DNA of 63,985 nucleotides, filler included, from Lenisia limosa (Eukaryota; Protista; Breviatea): NCBI GenBank assembly GCA_001655205.1. It is 15 parts of 15 records of this genome, joined end to end, with 100 filler letters (N's around TTAATTAATTAA, not from the genome) between each part and the next. Parts side by side here need not be neighbours in the genome. Positions count along the whole stretch, not along the records: positions 24,127 to 39,593 come from LPNZ01009591.1; positions 39,694 to 41,597 come from LPNZ01002525.1; positions 41,698 to 44,387 come from LPNZ01009869.1; positions 44,488 to 45,829 come from LPNZ01002299.1; positions 45,930 to 53,830 come from LPNZ01006593.1; 10 more parts are not named here. The stretch is one strand, 5' to 3'. The number at the start of each line of letters is the position of its first letter. The first letter of the stretch is position 1. Shown here piece after piece: positions 39,501-51,384 of the stretch. The notes beneath the pieces were generated by a model. The model had not been told where the DNA came from, ran no database searches, and saw nothing but the letters and a program-made list of their open reading frames with translations. Made by a program: the position numbers and the translations under genes.

Positions 39501-40299
39501 TTTCACCGGAGGTGAAATGTGTATGATGAAACTGTGAATCTGTGAATAATATATCATATATAGTATATAGCGGAAACCGTGGACATGCATAAANNNNNNN
39601 NNNNNNNNNNNNNNNNNNNNNNNNNNNNNNNNNNNNNTTAATTAATTAANNNNNNNNNNNNNNNNNNNNNNNNNNNNNNNNNNNNNNNNNNNNGGCACAG
39701 AGCGTCGCCACTCACAACAAAGTCCCTCCAGAGGGCTGGCCGGGACTGGGGAGGAGGTTAAGTAGGCTTGAGTAATAAGAAAAATGTCTCAGATGTTAAA
39801 AAAATTACGCAATTTGAAGGTGATTCGAGAATTGGTCAATTTTTACTTCTTTCAAAATGGAAACAAGGGTGGATATGGGAGACTGCTTTAAAGCAGGCTA
39901 CTAAACCAGAAACCTCAGAGTGTAAGGATTTTCCCATGGATTTGGGATATAGAAAGTGAGCAAATTCATTGATTTAGTGTTAAGAATACGTAATGCATAC
40001 GGTTTGGGGCCCTGCTTTAACTCCTGTACAAAACGCATTTCTATCGAAATTACACTCAACTCTCTTCTCATATCCACTCCTAATTGGACTTATTGAATGG
40101 AAAGATTGAATAAAATGTGTTGAATTGACTGATAAGGTAAAAAAGGCATATCATCTTATTTTCAATAATATGTATAAACTCCAATGAATTGTGAAATTAC
40201 CTAAATCGACACTTTATTTCAAATTTTCCCAAAAAATGAATGGCAATGAGTCGTTGTATAAATAAAAGAAAGCTTCTTCAGTATCCCACCCATTTCTGG

Positions 40300-41370
40300 G
40301 GCTGCATTGACGTCGGAACCGGCTCATTGAGAAATCGCAGAACCGGGCGAAGCAAAAAGTAGAACACAAAGACCAGCAGGATAAGGGGGCGGACAAATAT
40401 CTACAAAATTAACAAGGTTCAAGCAGGTCACTTCACACATCAGTGCATTAACTTGGTTTGCCATTTGGTAGATATGGGAATCCCATAAATTTCTTCAGGT
40501 CTTCATGTAATAAACGGGCTTCACTTTCGGTTCCAAAAAGACTGAGTTATTTCTCAATATATGACATACAGTAAGCGGATAAGTCTTGACTGTTTTGCTA
40601 TGTGATATATACATACATATCGATATTTTGTCAGTCTTTTAGAACCAAAGTGAAGCTCTTGTCGAAGCCTACCCTGAACATTGAAGAAAGAAGGAATTTA
40701 TTGGAGCGATTCCAGATTCCGCCGTCATGCTAAAAGGGTGAAACAAGTAGAGGTGACATGAAAGAGAAATTTGAAACAATCAGAGGTGAGATAAAAGAGG
40801 GATTTGAAACAAGGGATTTGAAACAATCAGAGGTGGTATGGGAAATTTGAAGTACTAGCTATAGTAGGAGCGAATTAAATCTATCACCCACTTTCAATCC
40901 AACCTCCCAAGTCCATACTCCCACCCCCCTCACCTTCAAGTCAATATCAAGCCAGCTTCGGACATCGGCTGAGGCACTGATGCGTTTTAGTGCCAGTTCC
41001 TGGGGGGGGGGGGGNNNNNNNNNNNNNNNNNNNNNNNNNNNNNNNNNNNNNNNNNNNNNNNNNNNATCACCAACCAAACAATCTGAAACTCCACACAAAC
41101 AAAAAAAGAAACAAGCAATAACAAACACTAGCAAGGGGAAAGATTAAAATTGGATTACCTCACAATATTATTGACCCTCCGAAAACATCAGCTATCAGCT
41201 CTTCAAAAAGACCCCATATCAAAACAACAACAACCAAACATAATTTTTTTAAAAAAACACTGACAAAACACCGAACATTCGCGCAGGTATTTCTAGTTCA
41301 GCCGCAAACCAAATTGGCGTTCGACTGGATTTTTGGCCGCAATTCTGAAGCGCGTTAAAACGATGATAAA
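40300..41370 (-). CDS. Hypothetical spliced protein with one hydrophobic segment
   Basis: Exons ELALKRISASADVRSWLDIDLK|gt, HDGGIWNRSNKFLLSSMFR|gt and ICPPLILLVFVFYFLLRPVLRFLNEP. Confidence 0.35.
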
Positions 41371-41697
41371 AAACATAAACATACACTTAAAGAGCTTCTC
41401 TTTCGCTTCTAAAAGACATATAAAATATTAAGTGTATTTATTGAGGATTTCTCCATGATTCTGTTTTGGACCTCTCAATTGAACTTAACATATTCTCTGG
41501 TTCTCAACCCCCCCTCCCCTCCCACGACTGGTTTCATCTTTTTGCAGTTTGAAAGGGAAAGAGGTAAAGTAGCGTGGGGATGACATCTCGGGGTATANNN
41601 NNNNNNNNNNNNNNNNNNNNNNNNNNNNNNNNNNNNNNNNNTTAATTAATTAANNNNNNNNNNNNNNNNNNNNNNNNNNNNNNNNNNNNNNNNNNNN

Positions 41698-44387
41698 CTA
41701 GGCAACAAACCCCCATGATGCTGCATAGCACGGCATACCTTGTGGACCGCTTCCTCGGCATCCTCATCCTGGGAAAAGAGACGGATGTCCTCGAGGTCCG
41801 GGACCACGTTCTCGGTCACCAGCGTCTTGATGTTCATAGGCTTCTGCAGGAATCCGTCAACGTAGCTGCGAGGGGGGGGGGGGTAAATTGGAAAATTTAT
41901 GAAAAGAGAAAAAAAAAAGAGGCCAAATCAATTCTGTTNNNNNNNNNNNNNNNNNNNNNNNNNNNNNNNNNNNNNNNNNNNNNNNNNNNNNNNNNNNNNN
42001 NNNNNNNNNNNNNNNNNNNNNNNNNNNNNNNNNNNNNNNNNNNNNNNNNNNNNNNNNNNNNNNNNNNNNNNNNNNNNNNNNNNNNNNNNNNNNNNNNNNN
42101 NNNNNNNNNNNNNNNNNNNNNNNNNNNNNNNNNNNNNNNTCAAATCCTCAGGTTTCAATCAATTCAGTCAATTCGTTGCTTCCTCATTCAACTACTCAAT
42201 GGTTTACTTTTATTGTTTTTGGTACTTTTTTGGTAAAAAAAACTCCACATCCCCACCAGTTCCCTCAATAACGTCAAACACCCACCAGTTTCCCTCAATG
42301 TAGTACTCCTCAAGTGACGTTGCCATGTTTCTCTTGTTCTCAACTGGGATGTGGTGCTTCCTGGGATGGATGAGACATCAAGAAAGGTGCATCAAAGGAA
42401 TCAAAGGAATCAAACTAGGGCTTCCCTTCGGTTCAAAAAATACCAGTAAAATATCAATAATCTTCGAAGATTTATCGAGAAATTCAGTCTTTTTTTGAAC
42501 TGAAGTGAAGCCCTAAATCAAACGACTGCCAAACCATTGACAAATCAAACCAATCAATAATGAAGCCCCCCCCCCCACNNNNNNNNNNNNNNNNNNNNNN
42601 NNNNNNNNNNNNNNNNNNNNNNNNNNNNNNNNNNNNNNNNNNNNNNNNNNNNNNNNNNNNNNCGCTAGGCAACGGCTTCTCCTTATCCGAGTCACTGTAC
42701 CTGGGGATGGGGTGAAACGAAGGAAATGTATGAAACAAAAATAGCCCAAAATCAACTCTATTGGCTAGGGGTGAAAATGGAAACAATAAAATAAGAATCA
42801 ATTTTGTTAGCTGGGGGGTAGGGTGGTTGAAAATGGAAAATTGCGAAACAAAAAACAAATTCTAGTATAAACCCATCACTAAACTGTCAACGGAAGTGGA
42901 TAACAATTTCAGGCAACAACAGACACAATCTCAACGAACTCACTTGTGGATGAGAAGCTCAGTGCTGATTCTTGGCAGCAGCTTGACAACGACCAAGTTG
43001 CGGGCTTCGTCAGAGGAGACAACCTGGGGAGGGGGNNNNNNNNNNNNNNNNNNNNNNNNNNNNNNNNNNNNNNNNNNNNNNNNNNNNNNNNNNNNNNNNN
43101 NNNNNNNNNNNNNNNNNNNNNNNNNNNNNNNNNNNNNNNNNNNNNNNNNNNNNNNNNNNNNNNNNNNNNNNNNNNNNNNNNNNNNNNNNNNNNNNNGTCA
43201 AAAACACAACAAGTATCAACACAATCCAAAAACCTGACATGTTTAACATGAATGGAACATGAGCTTCAGATTATTCGCCATCAAAAGCCCCTTTTGTTCA
43301 TCATCCAAGTATTAACAGCCCCCTCACCTGTCCAACATCATCCTTGTAAATGCCGCGCTTGCAGCGGACCCACTGTCCTGGCTCAAGCGGGGTGTCTTCC
43401 TTCAGCTACTAGGTGAGCTCAGTTGTCCTGACTACTATGATGTTCTGACCCCAACTTCTTCACTTTGCCAGACAAAGAATATTGACAATCCCAGTGCTTT
43501 TGAAGAGTGAAGAGTGAAGGGGAACAACAGTGAATAAATTTGATCGAGTTGGCCATATATGGGGACCGGGATAAGTCTTGACCGATTTACCATATGATTT
43601 CCTAGGAAAATCGGTCAAGACTTNNNNNNNNNNNNNNNNNNNNNNNNNNNNNNNNNNNNNNNNNNNNNNNNNNNNNNNNNNNNNNNNNNNNNNNNNNNNN
43701 NNNNNNNNNNNNNNNNNNNNNNNNNNNNNNNNNNNNNNAATACCTTGAAGTCCGTCAATAGCCTAGGCGGTGAGTTGCGGGCTTTTTGTTTTTTTGAAAC
43801 AAGAGAAATAATATACATTAGAAATCTAGGGGAACAAATAAACACATAGGGATACCATTAAAGTAACAGTTGGAGGTTTGGAAATAATGATAATAGGAGC
43901 ACCCAGGACATATAATAATCAACCAACCACCCCCCCCCCCCCNNNNNNNNNNNNNNNNNNNNNNNNNNNNNNNNNNNNNNNNNNNNNNNNNNNNNNNNNN
44001 NNNNNNNNNNNNNNNNNNNNNNNNNNNNNNNNNNNNNNNNNNNNNNNNNNNNNNNNNNNNNNNNNNNNNNNNNNNNNNNNNNNNNNNNNNNNNNNNNNNN
44101 ACCTGGAAAGGAGTAAAAAGGGGAAAGTAAAAGACGGGGGTAAAATTGAAACTGTGGAAATACAAAAGCCTGTGTCACGGTTTGAAAAAACACAACAATG
44201 GAGAAATAATTCCTGCTTCGGGAAGACACTACTGGAGGCCCCGATAAATCATTTTGGCAGATAAAGCAATGAGAATGTAAGAACCCCCATCCCACCTGCA
44301 GTATGCGGAGTGGATGAGGACAACCTTCGGCTCCCTCAGCTTGCGCACGAAGAGCTGGACACAAAGCTCAGACTCGCGACCGGACTA
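41698..44387 (-). CDS. SPT5: Transcription elongation factor SPT5 (NGN to KOW1 region, fragment)
   Basis: [13 protein letters not shown] (NGN), [20 protein letters not shown]|V (KOW1), [15 protein letters not shown] and [17 protein letters not shown]. Confidence 0.85.
42416..42515. mobile_element. MITE family A (about 96 bp, TA target duplication); representative copy
   Basis: TA|gggcttc(a/c)cttcggtt...aac(c/t)gaagtgaagccc|TA. Other copies at about 4579, 5503, 21782, 22825, 23560, 40514, 45578, 49859, 54121, 57163, 59920 and 63775. Confidence 0.9.
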
Positions 44388-44493
44388 NNNNNNNNNNNNN
44401 NNNNNNNNNNNNNNNNNNNNNNNNNNNNNNNTTAATTAATTAANNNNNNNNNNNNNNNNNNNNNNNNNNNNNNNNNNNNNNNNNNNNTTTATC

Positions 44494-45760
44494 ATAATCC
44501 CCCCCTGTCAACCTTGAGCCTGGCTCTGATGGAAGGTGTGAGCTTCTCGGTGGTGAAGGTCACAATAGAGCTAATGAAGTCCTCTCCTCTGATGATACTG
44601 CGAACCGCTGACCAGTCACCCTGGGGGTGAAATTGGAAACTTTCAAAAGCATAATCAACTCTGGTTCGTAACACACAAAGTTAGAAAACAATATAACAAT
44701 CAAAGCCCTGTAGTCGCTTCTGATGAGATGGATTTTTCGAGGAAGAATATTGTCACGAAAAGAACAAACAAAAAGCAGGAACCAACACAAGCAAAAGATA
44801 ACCAACATTAAAACTTGACCCCCCCCCCCTACAGTGTTCCTGTGTCCCAGAAGCGTAACAACGGCCTCCATTGTGAGCCTAACAGTTTCGGGGGGTTTGG
44901 CCAGGATACGGACTTCGTCCAGCTGGGGGGTAAGACCGATATTATATACATACTAGATGAGAAAAAAAAAAAAAAANNNNNNNNNNNNNNNNNNNNNNNN
45001 NNNNNNNNNNNNNNNNNNNNNNNNNNNNNNNNNNNNNNNNNNNGAAGCCGTCCGCAGCATCACGCTTTTAAGAAATATTGAAGACGGATATGATTTAATA
45101 ATCAAAAATGAACTATGGGGGTGCTACAGGTAACATTACCAACAGAATAGCTCCTGGATTGCCCACCTGCTGCTTCTTGATACTCCTGACAGACTTCTGG
45201 GCCTCCTCAATGGCGGGCTCGGCCTCGGCTAAATCGGCCAAAACCTCGCCTCTTCTCTTCTCCACTTCCGCATTCTGGACTTGCAGTTGCTGCTTCAGCT
45301 TCTCCGAGGCTGAATGGGGTGACATGGGAGAGCAAAGTTTCAAAGGTAAAACTGTCAGCATTTTTGAGTTATCTAATCTGGATGTTTCTTTCTTCGGTTC
45401 CCCAGTCACCCCCTGCCAACCCAGTTTCTTAGTCTCAGCGTTCTGTTGGTCAGAGACCATGAGCTGCAGCTTGGCACTTGCTTCTGCATCCTTACGCTCC
45501 AGTTCGCCCGACTTGACGCTCAGCTCACCACGTAACGCTGCGACCTCTTCCTGGGGAGGAGTAAGATGGTCAAGAATAAGAGCTTCACTTTCGGTTCCAT
45601 AAAAGATCGAATTCCCGAAAAATCCTTGGAAAAATCGACATTTTATCAGTCATTCGGAGTCGAAAGCGAAGCTCTAAAGAATAATGAAAGAAATACCCCG
45701 CGCGCACCTTGGTGTCACTGAGTTTGGCGAGGCCGACAGTCAAATGACGCTGGTGGTCCT
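44494..45760 (-). CDS. DYNC1H1: Cytoplasmic dynein heavy chain (AAA4-stalk-MTBD fragment)
   Basis: HLTVGLAKLSDTK, KLQLMVSDQQNAE, VLADLAEAEPAIEEAQKSVRSIKKQQ|LDEVRILAKPP, AMEAV and DWSAVRSIIRGEDFISSIVTF. Confidence 0.9.
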
Positions 45761-45929
45761 GTGGGGTAAGGCGGAGATAGAACACTGTTTTAGATTTGAA
45801 ATAAAATCAGAAAAAATACTGCAGATCCTNNNNNNNNNNNNNNNNNNNNNNNNNNNNNNNNNNNNNNNNNNNNTTAATTAATTAANNNNNNNNNNNNNNN
45901 NNNNNNNNNNNNNNNNNNNNNNNNNNNNN

Positions 45930-45983
45930 AAAGGCGCTTGACTACGGATCAAGAGACTGCAGGTTCGATCCCTGCCGTGCTCG
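45930..45983 (+). tRNA. tRNA-Arg(ACG), 5' end lost in the gap
   Basis: Anticodon arm CTTGA-CT ACG GA-TCAAG, T arm GCAGG-TTCGATC-CCTGC, and acceptor 3' strand CGTGCTCG. Confidence 0.9.
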
Positions 45984-45989
45984 TTTTTT
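45984..45989 (+). terminator. Pol III oligo-T terminator of the tRNA
   Basis: T6 directly after the discriminator base. Confidence 0.75.
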
Positions 45990-46010
45990 AATTATTTTGA
46001 AGTTCAACAT

Positions 46011-46070
46011 TTTTTTTGCTTGTTTGTTTTTTTGCTTGTTTGTTTTTTTGCTTGTTTGTTTTTTTGCTTG
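46011..46070. repeat. 15-bp tandem repeat (ttttttgcttgtttg)n running into a gap of about 335 nt
   Basis: About four copies are visible and a related sequence resumes after the gap. Confidence 0.85.
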
Positions 46071-48199
46071 NNNNNNNNNNNNNNNNNNNNNNNNNNNNNN
46101 NNNNNNNNNNNNNNNNNNNNNNNNNNNNNNNNNNNNNNNNNNNNNNNNNNNNNNNNNNNNNNNNNNNNNNNNNNNNNNNNNNNNNNNNNNNNNNNNNNNN
46201 NNNNNNNNNNNNNNNNNNNNNNNNNNNNNNNNNNNNNNNNNNNNNNNNNNNNNNNNNNNNNNNNNNNNNNNNNNNNNNNNNNNNNNNNNNNNNNNNNNNN
46301 NNNNNNNNNNNNNNNNNNNNNNNNNNNNNNNNNNNNNNNNNNNNNNNNNNNNNNNNNNNNNNNNNNNNNNNNNNNNNNNNNNNNNNNNNNNNNNNNNNNN
46401 NNNNNNCATTACTTGTTGGTTTGTTTTTACTTGTTTCTTACACTTCTCTTCTTTGTCAATTCTCAGATTCACAGTTGACTTTGATTGCTTTGTCAATCAA
46501 AATCATTCTGTTTTATTTTTGTTTAAGGTTTAGTTATTGTCAATTTCACTCTAGATATTTGTTTATGTTTTAGTTGTGAATAATAATAATAATAATACTA
46601 ATCAAAATATATTCAAAACAATAATAAAATCGAAAAACACATAACACAGAAACAATTGTCAAAAAAAATAATATCCTCATCACACAGGGCTCAGAAAAAA
46701 GAAGAGTCAAAATAGAGAGGAGGCAGGAATTTCTTTCGGGTTGCAAATGTTACTAATTGCACAGTTCCAATTGTCTTCAAAGGCTGTGGGCATGAAGGGA
46801 TGTGATGATGCATGTTTGTGAATTAACACTCTTAGCAATGTTTGTGAACTGAAATGATAATACGACACTCAGCGATTCGACTTAAAAGTCATCTGTTGCA
46901 TTTGGAATTCTCATAAATTCTTCAGCTTTCCATATTTGCATGGAATTCGTGTTGATATTAGATATGGGAATTAAAACTTAATATCATATACAATATAATC
47001 CCAAGTCAATGCTGTTCAGAAGTGCCAAATTGGGAATTGAAGTGTACAAAGCCACCAACCTTTTGACTTTAGTAGGGGTATGAAGTCTTTGTAGTTATCT
47101 AAAACTGTAAGAGTTTGAATAAAGGGGATAGTACCCAATTCCCAAAAGATTGAAAATCGATACCATGATAGTATGCCCCCTGCGGTGTCTAAAAAGACTG
47201 AATGTCTCAAAAATCCTTAAATATTGATATTCTATCTCTAATGATAATTATATGAGGAGTTATAAAATGCCAGAAAAAGAGAGTTCAACAAAAAGGACAA
47301 ACTTAACGCTGCCTTGTGCCCAACTGAATTACCACAATTAATAAAATTTCGATTCACCTTGCGACTTTTGCTAAGCCGTAGAGATGACAGTATAACACCA
47401 CTACGGCGTAATAATAAAGCCTCAATTGAGATTTCACTAATTTCTCAATATGTCCTATTTTTTACTTTTTATAACAGAATATTTCCGATATTTCGTCATA
47501 AAACCCCCAATTTCTTACTCGTGTTAAGTGCTGGGAAGCCTTCTGTGTAAAGCCGGTGTAGATAGTAGTACAAGACATGGGCCTTGTCGTGGTGTTTTGG
47601 ACAGTGATAGATTGCATCGAGGGTCTTGTAGTAGTCGCTGTGTAACTAGAAAAGTTAAAATAGCGTTAAATTGTGAACACGGAGTTTGAATACTTATGAG
47701 CACATAGTGCTCGAGTTGACGGTTTTGCATTGTCTTATTATGATCTAATGTATTATATGAAATTGATTGGGTAAATTGGTATTATACTATAATTCAATAT
47801 CGCTTATAAGCGTGATGGTGTGAACGGCTTTGGCCGGATACAACCTTATTTTTTATTTCTCATTACCATATTATATGATACTTACGCGTCATTATCCTCT
47901 CCCCTTACAAAGTTGGTATTGAACCTTGTCCGCACTCGCTGCTTTACAACCCCCCCAAAAGCATTGGGAATGTTGGAGACGATGACATCCTCAATAGCAA
48001 GGGGCGGGAAACCGGCCACTGCTTGTTGCATTGTTCCGGCTCTGGGCGGGTGAGTTTTAAGATTTTTTAGAAATTCTCCGCCAATCTATGGAAATATGGA
48101 AATGTCGTTTTTAGAGGAAATGTGGACTACTAGAGAGTGGGTACATAAATTGTTATTCACAAGAACTACTGTACTAAAGCTATTTTGCAATACCAAATT

Positions 48200-50965
48200 G
48201 GAAAAAGCTATGTAATTTCAAATATTATATAATTTTGCCAGTTGGTTATTTGATCCATACAATTTCATCAATACCAAAGTGACAGAATATCACTAATGCT
48301 GTGTCATATTCTTTCATATGATTTGTCAAGATTTCAAACAGTACATCCACTCCTTCATACATATAAAAGTGACCAGGGTGGTGGAGTTCTCCCCTTAACA
48401 GTAGAGCAGCATTTCGCACATGAGCTTTGAAAGCCTACTAGGTAAAATTTTCTCTTTTTAATATAGCTGAAACTTAAATTGAAGTTAACTCAATTGATAA
48501 TTCTCGAGGATTCAATGCAGTAACAAGTTGTTTTATATTCCACTGATTGTGATAAGTTATACTAATAGAATCAGATTTTCCTTCAGGAAAATTGGTCAAG
48601 AAAGACTTATTTATTACTCCCCTACATTACAAATATTTTATAAATACTAGAGTAGATATACTATATGTGATCAACATACGGGTTTGGCAGTTTCGAGCAT
48701 AGAACGGCTAAACATGAAGAAACTTCCATACATATATTGCCCAGCTACATGGGTGAAATGGAAGTTAAACATTGAAATCCTGAAACAAGCATGGCCACAT
48801 AGTATGTATTGCATATCATCTTAATGTGATGCATATCATATCAATCAGTAAAGAATAGCAAATTGTAAATATCATTCAAATAACTAACTCTTCACACTGT
48901 TATTCAACCAAAAATTCCCATTAAAAGTCAAGCCTTCCCAGTGTAATGTCGTCTGATTTCCCACTTGTTTGAAAGGGGAAAGCGTTGAAGTCAGCGTGGT
49001 ACCGATAGCGTTCTTCTCGACTCGGAATATCATACCTGAAAGAAATAAGAATATTTCCGAAATCTTGTTTTTTATTTCGGGAAATAAGAAAAAATTTTTG
49101 TATTTCTCAAGACATATGCAATGAATGTATAAGACTGAAAATGGCAAAGCACATACACTCCAGAAACAAACATGGTTACAATTCGAAAGTAAAAAGACGC
49201 TTGATACGTACGTATACATCCAGTTATATCCTTTTTTAGTGAACTATTATTTGATATGCGAGGGAGGCACGCATAAAGCGGTGTACACAGAGTTTTAAGG
49301 CAAATGATTGGGTGAATTACTATTAACTATCATCCAATATCTCTTATTGCGCTTATTGCGTGATGGTGTGGACGGCTTTGGCCAGATACAACCTTATTTT
49401 TTATTTCTCATTAATATATATATTATATCATATGTATATCATATAATATATTGGAGAAGATAAAATAGTGCATTGCCTGTATAACATCTGAGTGAAACTA
49501 TCTTTAATAGAGCTTACAGATGATGAAATCCTATCAAGGTGTCCTTGTGGTAATTCCCCGTCAGAATTGCTGTTAAAACTGAGGGCAAATCAACGAATAT
49601 ATCTGAGTCCATCTGAACAGTTATTTTTGCCGGGATATAACAGGGTACCACAATATATCATACTATTAGTAGCATGCCACAAGAGATTTGTGTTGTTTTG
49701 TCAAGTGATATGCTAAATTAATATTATTATGTCACTAACAAACCATTATTGGGACTATCTCGTAAATTACCTTCAGATAGTAGAGTGCTTCCGGATAAGA
49801 GTCACTGATTGTGGTGAACACGGCTGAAGCCTGATTCATTAGAATGAGTAAATTTGTGCTTCACTTCACTTTCGGTTCCAAAACGAATTACATGAAATAT
49901 CAATGTTATTAACGAATATTCTCCAGAAAAAAAACGTTTATAAATATTTTGGGTTCCTGGAAGTTTTTTCAGAGATAATAATATAAATAGCATAAGTACT
50001 TGTGGAAAGAAGCTACCAGTTGGTGTCAAAAATGTGAAAGTCACATCCTCACAGCAATAACCAAAAATGAGCCAACCTTATGGAGAAGGTATCCAGCCCC
50101 TTCCAGCATTTCAACTTGAACGATATCACCGTGTGTGTCCATTTCAATCTTTAAATCTCGCTGCATTTTTAGGCATTTCGGGTCCTTTGAGCCTGAAGGG
50201 TCAATGGTGACAGTTTTGTTTGAGTATGAATGGTTAATAAGGGTTATCTTTTGTTTAATAATATCTTTGCCTTGTTTTATTTCTCATCTTAATAATATCA
50301 TAATGTATAAATGTACCTACCCTACCATCCTGAAAACAACCATCTATAAAGCCTGTAACGAAGACGTAGTTAAAACAAAAACTGAAACGTAAGCCATTGT
50401 TAAGGCATGGTTGTTGAAGTGTTTGGCTATTAAAGACACATAGTTGAAACGTAAAGAGAAATACACATAGGATATTCGTTAAAGATTATACTATGCATAT
50501 ATATAGTATTTGATATGTATGCACTATTATGGTGGTAAAATGTCACGTAAATACAAAAAAACAGAACAGAATCCACACCCACTCGATTGAGCCCATTGAT
50601 AAAACAGTATCTCGGAGAATTTGTCGGGTCAAGGCGTCATCGGGGGTTGTGGGAATACCGATAGCAAACGGACAGTTGTTGTCATCATTTTCGTTCGCTT
50701 GCTTCCATGGACTAATGTCTGTTGCTGTTAAAATCCTGATCTCATCTAAAAAATCGGTGACCCACGGAACTCGTCAACTCGCAAGTGGACTTTCAGTGTG
50801 GTCCGAGCGATTTTGTACTTTTAAAAAGACAGTTCCCTCAATAATAATGCTATTCTCCAGCTTACAATGTGAATTATCTTTCATGAACTTCATGAGTGCG
50901 TTTTTGTTTTGGAAGAGCGGCCGATTTCGTGCTAAGAAGAAGTCAAATGAACACAAAAAACGCAA
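48200..50965 (-). CDS. GT31 (beta-1,3-galactosyltransferase-like) glycosyltransferase, copy 1, multi-exon
   Basis: CPFAIGIPTTPDDALTRQILRDT, LKIEMDTHGDIVQVEMLEGAGYLLHK, ALYYLK, YMYGSFFMFSRSML and SITYH follow the GT31 motif order. The DxD exon was not resolved. Confidence 0.55.
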
Positions 50966-51384
50966 TTAATTGTGTGAAAAAATTAAATAAAAAATTTGAA
51001 TAAGCTTCTGAAGCGGATTCTTGTTACAGTATGTCAAAGACAAATTTGGAAATTAATTTCTCAGTTAATTGCACAAAGTCAAAAAATTGAAATTAGAAGA
51101 TAACATAAAATTGAAAAAACAATATAACCTGTTATCGAAAGTAAGACTTTATAAATTGTATTTTACGATAAAAAGCAATTAATCTTGTTAACAACCCTTT
51201 CAAATGGATAGGAAACTAAATTCAACTTTGTGTCATTACTTGTACTAAAAAGACAAATATTTATGAATTGGTATTAGTTTCCATTCAAAGAAAGCCCAAC
51301 ATAAAATATGACTAATACACAAATCTCTAATTCGGTTCTCATTTTTCAATTCAAAAAATACGCAACCTAAGCCTATCTCTTACC

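Noticed and set aside
45942-46573. Long ORFs of 150-185 aa in the track
   Set aside because: They consist mostly of N-derived X residues and STR sequence.
50774-50776. In-frame TGA suggesting UGA=Trp or selenocysteine recoding
   Set aside because: It is a single case in an unresolved N-terminus. A second candidate near 52190 disappeared in another open frame, and conserved Trp residues elsewhere use TGG.
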